A stretch of DNA of 64,000 nucleotides. Source: Octopus vulgaris (lineage: Eukaryota). Position numbers and translations under genes: made by a program. Each line of letters begins with the position of its first letter. Within the stretch, counting starts at the first letter, position 1. The stretch covers positions 204,166,001 to 204,230,000 of the forward strand of contig OX597814.1 of assembly GCA_951406725.2 (NCBI GenBank). The letters run 5' to 3'. Below are positions 1-11,260 of the stretch, in pieces. The notes below the pieces were generated by a model. It did no database searches. It saw only the letters and a list, made by a program, of their open reading frames with translations, and had not been told where the DNA came from.

Positions 1-14
1 CCATTTCATAGCCT

Positions 15-1335
15 TCATCATCATTTAATGTCTTCTTTCCATGCTGGTTGGGCGGTTTGACAGGAGCTGACTAGGCAGGAGCCTGCACCATGTCTGATCT
101 GGCAAGAGTCTGTTTTGGCATGGTTTTTACAGCTGGATGCCCTTCCTAACACCAACCGCTTCACAGAGTGGGCTGGGTGCTTTTTAAGTAACACCTGCAC
201 TGGTAAGGTTATCAAGTGACTTTTGAAGACAAAGAGTCTTTCAGAGGGGGGAGTACTGGAGGAGTTGATCTTGTGTCAGATGATGACAGAGAGGAAGAGA
301 CAGAGGACTTGTATTAGAGGAGGCCCATGGTTACCCAGCCAGAGAAAGGGGGAGAGAGAGAGAGAGAGGAAGAAAAGAGAGGGAGAAAAAGAGAGCAAAA
401 GTTAACAAGAATGAGAGCAGAAGCAGTTACCTAGAGAGAAAGCAGGAATTAACAAGGTGTGCTGTTGTAAAGGAGATACATGGTTACCTAGCCAGAGGTA
501 AGAGCAAGAGAAAGAAGGAGAGACAGTAACCAAGAATGAAGGCAGAAATGGGGTTTGTTGCTGTAGAGGAGATACATGATTACTCAGCCGGAGGGGAGAA
601 CAGGGGAAAGAAAGAGAGAGAGAGTAGAAGACAGCAAGAATAGGAGAGGGATGGCAGCAAGCCCCAGGATATACTTGCAAGGAACGTGGATCAGGGCATA
701 GATGGGATGGTAGAGTAAGGAAGAGGGAGATGAATTGTGGCAGGTACTGATGGGGTATCGTCAAGGGGTCACGTGTTGAGATTGGAGGTAGGGGAATACA
801 GTGACTGGTGAGAATCTGGGTGTAGAGAGGGAGGGGGATGGGAGAAGCAACAATACAGAGAACAGGATAGCAAGGACTAGACTGGGGAGTAGGAGATAAT
901 AATAGTGTATGAAGAGAAAATATGAGGAAGAGAAGAGAAACACTTTGGGAAGGGAAGTGGAGTGGGATGTTGTTTAGTTTGTTGGGGTAGGGTGTGTAAA
1001 AAGTTACATGTGAGTGGAACACACAGTATTTCTAGAACTCAGTTTCACTGACATGGGTGGGTCTTCACAAGAACTTCATATTGTCAGACATCTCAGTTTA
1101 TTGTCATTTCCTCCATGAGGCCCAACATCCTGAGATTGAACCTTACTACTTCATACCATGTCTTCCTGGGTCTCCCTCTTCTGCAAGTATCCTCCACTTT
1201 CAGTGATCAGCACTTTTTTATAAAGCTATCTTCATTCATACATATCAAATGTCCAAACCAGCATAGTATTCTCTCTTACATGCTGCATTTGATTCCTCTT
1301 ATGCCCAACTTTTCTCTGAATACATTTGCGTTTTG
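15..1335 (-). mobile_element. RTE-clade LINE 3' end: decayed ORF C-terminus, long pyrimidine-rich 3'UTR, shared tail ending in (GAT)n
   Basis: 1090-1330 on the minus strand encodes a GRPRKTW-type C-terminus like the 11.3-13.2 kb RTE. 15-200 matches the shared tail. 220-1020 carries repeated 'catggttacc(c/t)agccagag' sub-units. Confidence 0.7.
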
Positions 1336-2164
1336 TCATCGTTTCCAATTGTTCTTTACATAAATGAAGAACTGGACAAACACCTCATTCTCCACCCATT
1401 CATGTGAGAGTCTTCCATCAACTCCTGGTACTTAGCTCTCTTCCTCTGTTGCACCTTCTCCCTTCTCTCTCCCCAAGTCACAGTTAACTTCAATGGGAGT
1501 TAATTCTATGAATTGCCAAGTATACACAAAATAAATTGATTAAAGAGAAACTGAGGACTAGCTGTGTGAGTATATGTTCATCAAATGATTTAAATTGAGA
1601 TCCTCTGTAGCAGGTCTTAACATGTGAGATACATCATTTAAGTAACTTCCCAAGACATCTTGATCAAATCTTTCCTAAAATATATACAGAATGTTTGAAA
1701 GACAACCTTTGTATGCTCACCATTTCTAAATACAACGAATGGAGTTATCTATATTGATTTGTTTGTGTTGTGAAGATTTCACACAATTATGCAATATCTG
1801 CTATTGAATAGTAGATAAATTTATTAATTTATGAACACTAGACCATATTGATAAGAAATTTATTAGAGATGGACTTCAATTTATTTGTGGAACATAAAAG
1901 TGAAACAGCTTGCTGGCAAAAGTCAAGCACAGCCGTAGAAACCTAAGTTAAACCAACTTATGTTAACCTATTTTGGGGGTATCATGAATTTTTTAAAAAT
2001 GCCTATGGACAAACCTCAAAAGTATTTGGAAATTCAGTAGTTATTTGAAAGAAATCAAGAAAAGGTTCTTGAATGATTTCTTTATTTTATGGAAGGAAAA
2101 TCTTGATCAGATGAATGAATTTAAAATTTTCATTAACAGTGAAGACCCTATGATTTTGCTATGA

Positions 2165-2592
2165 TTTTGGTTTTACTTGACTCAACAGGTCTTCTCAAGC
2201 ATATCATATCGTCCGACACATCAAGGGTACTTTTAAATGGGTCAGACCTGCAACACCTGCATTGTCCATGGCTGTGATCTCACTTTAGTAGCTGGGTCTT
2301 CTCAATCACAACATATTTCCAAAGATGTTGGCCTCCTGTCATTGCCTCTGTAAGGCCCAACATTCGAAGGTCATGTTTCACCACCTCATCCCATGTCTTC
2401 CTGGGTCTACCTCTTCCACAGTTAGGGTGTGGCACTTCCTCACACAGGTGTCTTCATCCATACATAACCCATGACCATACCAGCACAGTCATCTCTCTTG
2501 CACACCACATTTGATGCTTGTTATACCCAACTTTTCTCTCAGGGTGCTTACACTCTGTCGTGTATGCACACTGACATTACACATCCAGTGGA
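2165..2592 (-). mobile_element. RTE LINE 3' coding fragment
   Basis: Minus strand reads GRGRPRKTWDEVVKHDLRMLGLTEAMT, near-identical to 12660-12735. Confidence 0.85.
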
Positions 2593-2655
2593 TCATATAT
2601 AGATATATATATATGTATATATGTATAAATTATATATATATATACATATGTGTAT

Positions 2656-2689
<34 letters not shown>

Positions 2690-2694
<5 letters not shown>

Positions 2695-3006
2695 CGTGTC
2701 ACCGTGACCAACCAGGCTATGAGATATTGCTACACATCGCTGGTCACAATGCGCCTTGCATTGTTTTAGCCTTCAAATGATGCCACCCCCACTGGCTAAG
2801 TGAGCAGGCCAACAGAAGAAAGAGTGAGAGAAAGTTGTGGCAAAAGAGTACAGCAGGGATCGCCCCCCCCCCCCCTTGCCAGAGCCTCGTGGAGCTTTAG
2901 GTGCTTTTGCTCAATAAACACTCACAACGCCCGTTCTGGGAATTGAAACTGTGATCCTACGACCACGAGTCCACTGCCCTAACTACTGGACCATTGCGCC
3001 TCCACA
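2690..3006 (-). mobile_element. tRNA-derived SINE with RTE-type 3' tail
   Basis: Head GGAGGCGCAATGGTCCAGTAGTTAGGGCAG (A-box-like) ... GTTTCAATTCCC (B-box-like). The tail resembles the 3' end of the RTE at 24970-25500. Confidence 0.75.
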
Positions 3007-3192
3007 TGGCACGTAAAAAGCACCCACTACACTCACGGAGTGGTTGGCGTTAGGAAGGGCATCCAGCTGTAGAAACACTGCCAGATCAGACTGGAGCCTG
3101 GTGCAGCCTCCTGGCTTCCCAGACCCCGGTTGAACCGTCCAACCCGTACTAGCACGGAAAACTGACGTTAAACAATGATGATGATGATGATG

Positions 3193-3194
<2 letters not shown>
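3007..3194 (+). mobile_element. RTE 3' tail copy ending in (GAT)n
   Basis: aaaagcacccactacactc...gagtggttggcgttaggaagggcatccagctgtagaaac...gacgttaaac(gat)n, same as 13090-13246. Confidence 0.8.
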
Positions 3195-3226
<32 letters not shown>

Positions 3227-3239
3227 CATCATTATTATC

Positions 3240-4200
3240 ATCATTATCATTCAACGTTCATTTTTATGCTGACATGTGCTGGATGGCTTGACAGGGACTA
3301 GCTAGGCAGAAGACTGCACCAGGCTTCACTGTCTGTTACAGCAGGGTTTTTATGGCTAGATGTCCTTCCTTACACCAACCACTCTGCAGACTGGACTGAG
3401 TGCTTTTTACGTGGCATGACCACCAGTGAGGTCTGTTTGGAATGGTTTCTACAGCTGCATGCCTTTCCAAACATTAACCACATTACAGTGTGGACTGGAT
3501 GCACCAGCACTGGTGGGGTCACCAAGTAACTTGCAAGACAAAGATCCTTTGAGAGTGGAGAGCATTGGAGGAGTAGGCCTTGTGCCAGGTGATGAGAGGT
3601 TAGAGTGTGGCAGAGAGATAGAAACAGGTTTTGCTATAGAGAAGAAACATGGTTACCCAGTGAGAGGGAGATAGCAAGAGAGCAAGTGAGATCAAGAATG
3701 AGGATAGAAACTGGTGTGTTACTGTAGGGGAAATACATGGTTACTCAGTCAGAGGAAGAGAGTAAGAGAAAGGGGGAGAGTGTGTGGAAGAGAGTGAGAG
3801 GGTGTGAGAAAAAGAGAGAGCAGGCGAGAAATAGTGGTGAAGTGCCAGGGTATACCTTCAAGCAACTGGGATTAGAATTTAAATTAGATGGTAGAGTACA
3901 ATGAGAGAGAGACAGATGGTAATAAGGTGCCAGGGTGTACCCTCATGGTACAGGGATTAGAATATAAATGGGATGGTAGAGTAGTGCCAAGGGTACATGA
4001 GTAGGGAGTAGGGACTTCACATGAATGCAAAGAGTGTGGGTGTGAGGAATTCAGTGACTGGTGAAATGCAGGTATATAGAGAAGATGAGGGACAACAGGA
4101 TAGCAATTATACAGTGAGTAGGGCAGTGAGGACAGGATTGGGGAATGAGAGGTAAGTATAAACATAGTGTGTGAAAAAGTGAAAATGTGAGGAAGTGAGG
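3240..4200 (-). mobile_element. RTE 3' tail plus pyrimidine-rich UTR (second copy of the 15-1020 type)
   Basis: Tail motif at 3250-3420. Purine-rich + strand with 'catggttac(c/t)cagt' sub-repeats as at 320-600. Confidence 0.6.
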
Positions 4201-4257
4201 AGGAGAGGTAGTTTGGTTTGTGAAATTCTTTTTTTATATATATTTCATATATAGCAT

Positions 4258-4700
4258 AGTTCTACCAACAGTTCTCTATGTGAGTGGAACAAGGAAGAAC
4301 ACCATGAAAATCAATAGAAAGCTTGATGCACTCCATTAATAATGCTTGAGAAGGATTTTTATAATGTACTGGCAAGACTGCATCAGCAATGAAGATATTC
4401 TAAAGAGACTCAACACAAGACCACTAAGCAAAGTCATAACAGAATGATGATTAAAATTAGCAGGTCATGTACTCCAGTTACTAAAACAACAACATTATAA
4501 ACAGCTTTTAAATGGACAGCACCGGAGGGGAAAGGAAAGAAAAGAAGATAAAAAATTACATAGTGCAGAACATTCCTAACCAACATAGGAGAGTCAAATA
4601 TTACATAATCAGATGCAGAGAAAGTAACTGCAGCCAATAGAAACCAGTGGCTTCAACTTACTGCCCAATGTACTCAAGAACACAAGAGGAACTGAAACTC
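4258..4700 (+). mobile_element. Decayed RTE-type LINE C-terminal fragment (distinct lineage)
   Basis: Translates LPTVLYVSGT...KLDALH**CLRRIFIMYWQDCISNEDILKR...LAGHVL, typical of the post-RT region of RTE/RTEX ORFs; contains stops. Confidence 0.7.
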
Positions 4701-4715
4701 ATAGGTATATAAATG

Positions 4716-4779
<64 letters not shown>

Positions 4780-5113
4780 ACATATGAGGGAAAGAGAAAG
4801 AAAATGGAATTCATGAGATTCTTTATTGATCACTATGATCATTTCAACCCATCAAGCATTAATCCCTTGTGGGTCTGTTGCTGTACAAATAGTTGTGGTG
4901 CATCATTCAGCGCAGATATGTCTCATCAGGTGTCTTGTCAAAAGATACCTTCTTTATTAATCCTTGTTTTGCTTATTTCAATTAGAATACATTTTAACAG
5001 TTGTCTGTAACTACTCATATACATGAGAAAACTTGAGTTAAAATGAAAAACAGTTCTCTTATAAGTAATAAATTGACTTACAAAGAACCAAACATAACAT
5101 AAGTATAGATCAA

Positions 5114-5424
5114 ATAATTTGCTGGTGTCTAAATATGTTAAATGAAGTCATAAAACAACAAAACAACAATGGATGAGATGAAAAACAAATCACAAAATGC
5201 AATTGGACATTCAAACTGACCCAAGGTGACTATTATATTTTATGAGGTAAAAAAACAAATATATATGATAATTTGCTGGTGTCTAAATATGTTAAATGAA
5301 GTCATAAAACAATAAAACAACAATGGATGAGATGAAAAACAAATCACAAAATGCAATTGGACATTCAAACTGACCCAAGGTGACTATTATATTTTATGAG
5401 GTAAAAAAACAAATATATATGATA
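5114..5424. repeat. 154-bp direct tandem duplication
   Basis: 5114-5267 is repeated at 5268-5421; I saw one substitution (aacaacaaaac vs aacaataaaac). Confidence 0.95.
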
Positions 5425-5482
5425 GATCGTTAGCTCCTACACGCATTTTTTTCTCTCCTTGTTTCTCTCCCTGTTTTTTTCT

Positions 5483-5526
5483 GTGTATCTTTCTGTTGAA
5501 GAGCGTAGGCTCGAAATGTAAAACAC
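5483..5526 (+). ncRNA. Minimal hammerhead-ribozyme-like motif (degenerate), Penelope-like repeat
   Basis: CTGTTGA-A-GAGC gtag GCTC-GAAA-TGTA, with tcttt/aaacac flanks. Lies in a ~200-bp insert (5425-5623) that ends in (TA)n. Confidence 0.55.
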
Positions 5527-5621
5527 TTGTTCTATTTCTATTCCTGAGAGCCATACTAATACATTTGTTTGTTTGTACTCTACCTGCCTTCGTCTTTTGT
5601 TTATTTTCATAAACCTTCCCG

Positions 5622-5664
<43 letters not shown>

Positions 5665-6070
5665 CACATGCCTTTACATATACACATAAAATCATATTCA
5701 CCGATTAGCACCTTCAGCACACAGAGACATCCAGCAACAGACCAATGCATGAGTCCACAAACTCAGCCCTCAAGTACCAGATGCTTTTTATTTATGATTG
5801 TTATTTAGTCACTCTGTGTTGATTTATGATTTAGTAACAGACTCATACATCTACAAATACCAATTTGTACAAGAGTTCCAGAAGTAAATCCAGTGGTATT
5901 TAAATCCATACTGTTGATGACATTAGATAACCAAATACAGTGAACAGGCTTTAAACGGCATATTACAAGGTGTATACCAAAATTCAAAATTATTTTTTAT
6001 ACACACACATAAGTATATATGTAAATTAGTATATATAAATATGTGTGTGTGTGTATGTATATATATATAT

Positions 6071-6101
<31 letters not shown>

Positions 6102-6102
<1 letters not shown>

Positions 6103-6480
6103 GGAACCTGTGGAAGAGGTAGACACAGGAAGACATGAGATGAAGTGGTGAAGCATGATCTTCAAACAGTGGGCCTCACAGAAGTGATGACAAGTGACTG
6201 AGACCTTTGGTGATATGCCATGCTTCAGAAGACTCGTCAAACCACATGAAATTGTAGTCGTTGCTGATGCAGGTGTCAGATAACTGGCACCTGTGCCAGT
6301 GGCATGTAATAAGCATCCATTACACACGTGGAGTGGTTAGCATTAAGAAGGGTAGCCATCCATAGAAACCATGCCAAACCAGACTGGAACTTGGTGAAGT
6401 TCTCCAGCTTACCAAATTCAGTCAAAACGTCTAACCCATGCCAACATGGAAACCAGATGCTAAATGATGATGATGATGAT
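6102..6480 (+). mobile_element. RTE LINE 3' end
   Basis: GTCGRGRHRKT*DEVVKHDLQTVGLTEVMTSD, then the shared tail and (GAT)n. Confidence 0.85.
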
Positions 6481-6483
6481 ATA

Positions 6484-6489
<6 letters not shown>

Positions 6490-6519
<30 letters not shown>

Positions 6520-6720
6520 TGTATGTATGTATGTATGTATGTATGTATGTATGTATATATGTATATGTGTGTGTGTATGTATATATCTGTGTGTATATAT
6601 ATGTGTGTGTGTGTACACACATGCACACATGTTTGTGTGCACATGTGTGTGTTTGTGCACACGTGTGTGTGCATGTGTGCATGTGAGTGTGCATTCATGT
6701 ATGTTTGTATATGTATATAT
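6490..6720. repeat. (TATG)n/(TG)n microsatellite
   Basis: Seen directly. Confidence 0.95.
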
Positions 6721-7233
6721 CAAAATTTAATATGCACTTCAATCCTCAAAGGTTGCTGAAACATTATTTTGCTCAAACTGGCCTGATATTCCTTAAAAGA
6801 ATCACATTACACCAACAACAAATTAGGCTGCCATACACAAGTACCATTTCTTTCAATCAATGTACAGATAATTGTTGATGAATCTTGCCAAATTTCACTA
6901 TTTTCTTGCTTTCACCAGTTTTCACAATTCAGCAACATGACAACAAAGGATAAACAAAGAAATACAATTTATAAACAAATATTGGCCAAAATTAATTGCA
7001 TCCTGTTTTAATTAAAATGACCTTATCATCTCCCTCAACATGACATTATTCTAAAAGGCGAAAGATTTATCCACTCGGGGTGAGGAGAAACCAGAGACAT
7101 TATTGTGTCTCTTGTCACTAATACATTTTACATTATCAATAAAAATGGCAATATTAAATGAAACATCTACAATTATTTCTGTTTTACATTGTATTTTAAC
7201 ATTTTGTAAAAACATTTTAAAATATTGGATTCT

Positions 7234-7440
7234 AAGGTGGCAAGCTGGCAGAATTGTTAGCACACTGAATGAAATGCTTATTGGCATTTCATTTGTTGTT
7301 ATGTTCTGAGTTCAAATTCCACTAATGTCAACCATCCTTTCAGGGTTGATAAAATAGAACCAGTTGAGCAATGAGGTCAATGTAATTAACTTACCTGCTT
7401 CTCTCATAATTACTGATCTTGTGCTAAAATTTGAAACCAG
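7234..7440 (+). mobile_element. SINE family B (~200 bp, tRNA-like head)
   Basis: ggtggcaagctggcagaattgttagc...gagttcaaattcc...tgtgctaaaatttgaaacc; recurs many times in the window. Confidence 0.75.
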
Positions 7441-8094
7441 TAATATTGGATTCTGAAGTTAGTTACAAAAATGCAGTTAGTGACCCTGAAGTTTCTCAAT
7501 AGAAGTGAAACTAGTTGGAAAATATCTATGACTGCTTTTGTTAGTAATCAAGAAGACCTGTACTTCACAGCAGGAGTGTTAAGGCTGGTTCCCCTGGTGA
7601 AGGGGATTGGCCTGCAAGAGCCCTGTGCTGGAGCCTCCCAAAATGTACTCATGCTGGTGTCACATAAAAGCACACAGCACACTCACTAAAGTGGTTGGCA
7701 TTAGGAGAAAGCATGCCAAATCAGACTGGAGCTTGGTGCAGCTCTCCAGCTCTGATCAAACTGTCCATTAAATGATGATGATAATGATGATGATGATTGT
7801 ATTTTGAAATCATACAAAATATCTAATGATATTGTTTATTGAAGGTTTTAAAAAATCATGGAAATGATCTATGCTTATTTTTCTTCAGTATCCAAAGTAG
7901 CCTATGACATCTTCTAGTTTAAGATGGTAAAAAGCAACCTGAGGGAAATTTGGAAACTATTTCTAGCAGGTTCAGGAGGTGCTCTCACTCACTTTTTATC
8001 ATATGTAACCTAATTACAATTAAACATAAGCTTGGAAAGGAATTAGCAAATGCTGTTATGACATCATAAAAATTCAAAGACTTGGTGATATGAT

Positions 8095-8305
8095 AATCAT
8101 TTCAAATTTTGTCACAAGGCCAGCAATTTTCAGGAGATGGGTATGTTAATTATATCAGCCCCAGTTCTTAACTGGTACATATCTTAACAAACCCAAAATA
8201 TGAAAGGAAAAGTTGACCTGGGCAGCATTTAAAGAGCTGGAAGAAATTCTGCTGTGCATTTTATCTAATGTACTAATAATTCTGCCAGTTCACCATCTTG
8301 CTTAG
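8095..8305 (-). mobile_element. SINE family B
   Basis: Reverse complement of the 7234-7440 family (tttcaaattttgtcacaaggccagcaattt...ttctgccagttcaccatctt). Confidence 0.7.
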
Positions 8306-8389
8306 TGATATGATAATGATAATGATAATAACAACACATACACACCACGCACACACACACATTTCTCTCCCCATTTTTTTCTCTCAATT

Positions 8390-8429
8390 TTTTTTCTGTC
8401 AAAGAGCATAGGCTCGAAACGTCAAAGAC
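8390..8429 (+). ncRNA. Minimal hammerhead-ribozyme-like motif (second copy of the 5483 family)
   Basis: CTGTCAA-A-GAGC atag GCTC-GAAAC-GTC-AAAGAC. Confidence 0.55.
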
Positions 8430-9313
8430 TTCCCCATTCCTCATGAGCATTTTAACTACTCATTTCTTTTCTTCATATATTATCTTTTTAATTGTAATAA
8501 ACTATAAAGAAAAAAGAACCTAATTTACTCATGAATAATTTGGTATTTATCATGCATACAGTTAACAAGTTTCAAACCAGAATTATTTTCAAAAATTCAA
8601 ACTCTTGTTGCGCTTCCATAATTTGCTAGCTTTAAGTAAAATATTTTCTCCACGTTTTTGAAAAGCATGTGAAATAAATTAATTCCTAGAATTTGCAATT
8701 TAATAATTATGTAATTATTACATAAACTATTTTTTCCAAGACATCAAGTGCAAGCCTCCAGCTTCATGAGAAACTATTTTAATTATGTAATCGGCTACTG
8801 GCCTTGTTTGTGTCAAAGTAAGAAATCATTATTTCAGTTGGTAGTAATATAAATTATTTGCATTAGTATTAGGACCCTAATGAAAAATTAATGCAGATTT
8901 TGTTTACCCTATTTTCCTTTTGATGAATGTACACATTCTTTGAATAATGATTCATTTTTGTTAGGAGCAAGAAATAACTTAGAAAGAGTAAGGCACATGA
9001 CCAATAGAATCAAACCACCATATTATGTACGAGAAGTAATTTAGTCGGAGTAGGAGTAGAAGCAAATGAATTAAACCACTCTATTAGTTTGCCTTCAATT
9101 ATAATAACCCCACTATTTAGTCTGGTACTTCTATTTTAGCAATATGTATGGAATTGCTAAGTTTACCTATTGAGTTTTATCCCTTTAGAGAATTACTTCC
9201 CTTTAAGGGAATTCTCACAGGCATACACAAAAACTTATACACAAACATATATATGAGTGAACCAACAAACATAAATAACATACTCAACATATTTGTCTGT
9301 TTGCTTGGTGTTA

Positions 9314-9488
9314 CATGTATTTAATTACAGTTTGACTCAGTTCTGCTCGACTTAAAGTTTCATGGGGATGTAAGAGAAATCCATTTCATCAAACATTCAG
9401 AAGCAGAACATCTGATGAGATAAATGTGTCCTACATGTCCATGAAACTTTATGTCATACGGAGTTGAGTCAAACTCTTATTAAACATG
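9314..9488. mobile_element. Palindromic MITE-like element
   Basis: Arms agtttgactcagttctg..gacttaaagtttcatgg / ccatgaaactttatgtc..cggagttgagtcaaact. A relative lies at 57146-57327. Confidence 0.7.
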
Positions 9489-9796
9489 CATGCACACGCA
9501 CGCGCACATGCATGCGCACACACACATACACACACATATATTGCATCAATACTTGATAACCTATTGCTTATTTTGATTTTATTCACCTTACTTCGAGCTG
9601 TGCAGATAATACTGGACTGACTTGGTGTTTCAACTTAAGTATCTAATTCAACTGAATTTCTTTATATATATATATAGTAGGTACTATAAATCTTGAGTGA
9701 ATACTTGATAAGTGTAAGCACCTGTATATGCCAGATAGTGGTAGAGGTGAGAGAGAATATATCAAACATAGTTCTGTTTATAATTTATGTTTGATA

Positions 9797-10390
9797 TAAC
9801 CCATGCTAGCATGGAAAACGGACGCTAAACGATGATGATGAGTACTCCTCATTCATTGGACAATGAACTTTGCTTGCGAAGACCTATTGAGGCAAGTGAA
9901 AACAAATCAAAATTGCTGACGTGGCCAATGACAGTATCGCCTGATTGTCACTCATGCCAATGGAATGTTAAAAGCACATCTGAGTGTGATCGTTGTCAGG
10001 GCCACGGATTGGCTCCTGTGCCAGTGGCATGTGAAAAGCACCATTTGAGCATGATCGTTGCCAGAGTCACCCTACCAGCACATGAAAAGCAATATTCGAG
10101 CATGGTCGTTGCCAGTGCCGCCGGACTGGCTCCTGTGCTGGTAGCACGTAAAAAACACTTTTTGAGCATGATCGTTGCCAGATCCACATGACTGGCCCTC
10201 GTGCTGGTGTCACGTAAAAGCACCCACTACACTCTCGGAGTGGTTGGCGTTAGGAAGGGCATCCAGCTGTAGAAACTTTGCCAGATCAGATTGAGCCAGG
10301 TGCAGCCTCTGGCTCACCAGTCCTCAGTCAAACCGTCCAACCCATGCCAGCATGGAAAGCGGATGTTAAACGACGATGATGATGATGATG
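9797..10390 (+). mobile_element. RTE 3'UTR with five ~50-66-bp tandem units and (GAT)n tail
   Basis: Repeated gagcatgatcgttgccag...actggc...gtgc..gcac(g)taaaagcac units, then the shared tail. Confidence 0.8.
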
Positions 10391-11004
10391 GTTCAAATGT
10401 ACAGGAAACAAGAGAAAGACAAGTGAGGGAACAACAAGCAAGTGTATTAGTTTGACACTCTTCAACAGAAAGGGAAGAGAGGAAGAAATAGAGAGAAAAA
10501 AATGTGTCAGAATTAATGCTGACATAACTGTATGGTTAGAAAGTTTGATTCACAACCATTGGGGTAGGTTCAGTCCTACTCTGTGGCATCTTCTGCTATT
10601 GTCACAGGCTAACCAATAGCTTGTGAGTGAATTTGTTAGGCAGAAACTATAGAAAGTCTGTTGTATGCGAATGAGTATATGTGTATGTGTGTGCCTGTAT
10701 GTGTGTGTGCAGATGTGCATGAAAATTGTTACTCTATACTTCTCAGTACTTAACTGGTTCTATATTTTATCAATCCCAGAGGGATGAAAGGCAAACATGA
10801 CCTTGGCAGGAATTGAACTCGAACGTAAAGAGCTGGAACTCATATCATTTGGCATTTTTCCAAAGCTCTAATGGTTCTGCCAAGCTTGCCAACTTAACCG
10901 TTTTTGAAATTATGTCATCTTCTTAGAAATAGTTTCATAACTATATTGCAAATTGTGATCTCTCTCCTTCTCTCTTTCTCTCTCTCTATACATGCATGTA
11001 TATT

Positions 11005-11215
11005 CTTTTATTCTTTTATTTGTTTCAGGCATTTGACTGCGGCCATGCTGGAACACCGCCTTTAATTGAACAAGTCAACACCAGGACTTAATGTTTGTAA
11101 TCCTAATACTTATTCTGTTGGTCTATTTTGCCAAACCACTAAGTTACTGAGATGTAAACACACTAACATCGGTTGTCAAGGAATAGTGGGGGAACGAGCA
11201 CAGACATACAAATAC
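11005..11215 (-). mobile_element. SINE family A, 3' half
   Basis: tttgactgcggccatgctggaacaccgccttt...cggttgtcaag is the reverse complement of 16180-16350. Confidence 0.75.
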
Positions 11216-11260
11216 ATACATACATATATATATATACATATGTGTGTGTGTGTATATACG

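Noticed and set aside
402-1022. 206-aa ORF
   Set aside because: Low-complexity pyrimidine-rich retroelement UTR with no domain motifs.
9412-9456. CTGATGA...GAAAC...GTC hammerhead candidate
   Set aside because: No proper stem II closure or stem I; explained by the MITE arm.
9915-10225. CRISPR-like repeat array
   Set aside because: The units are whole tandem copies with no unique spacers, lie in a LINE 3'UTR of a eukaryote, and have no cas genes nearby.
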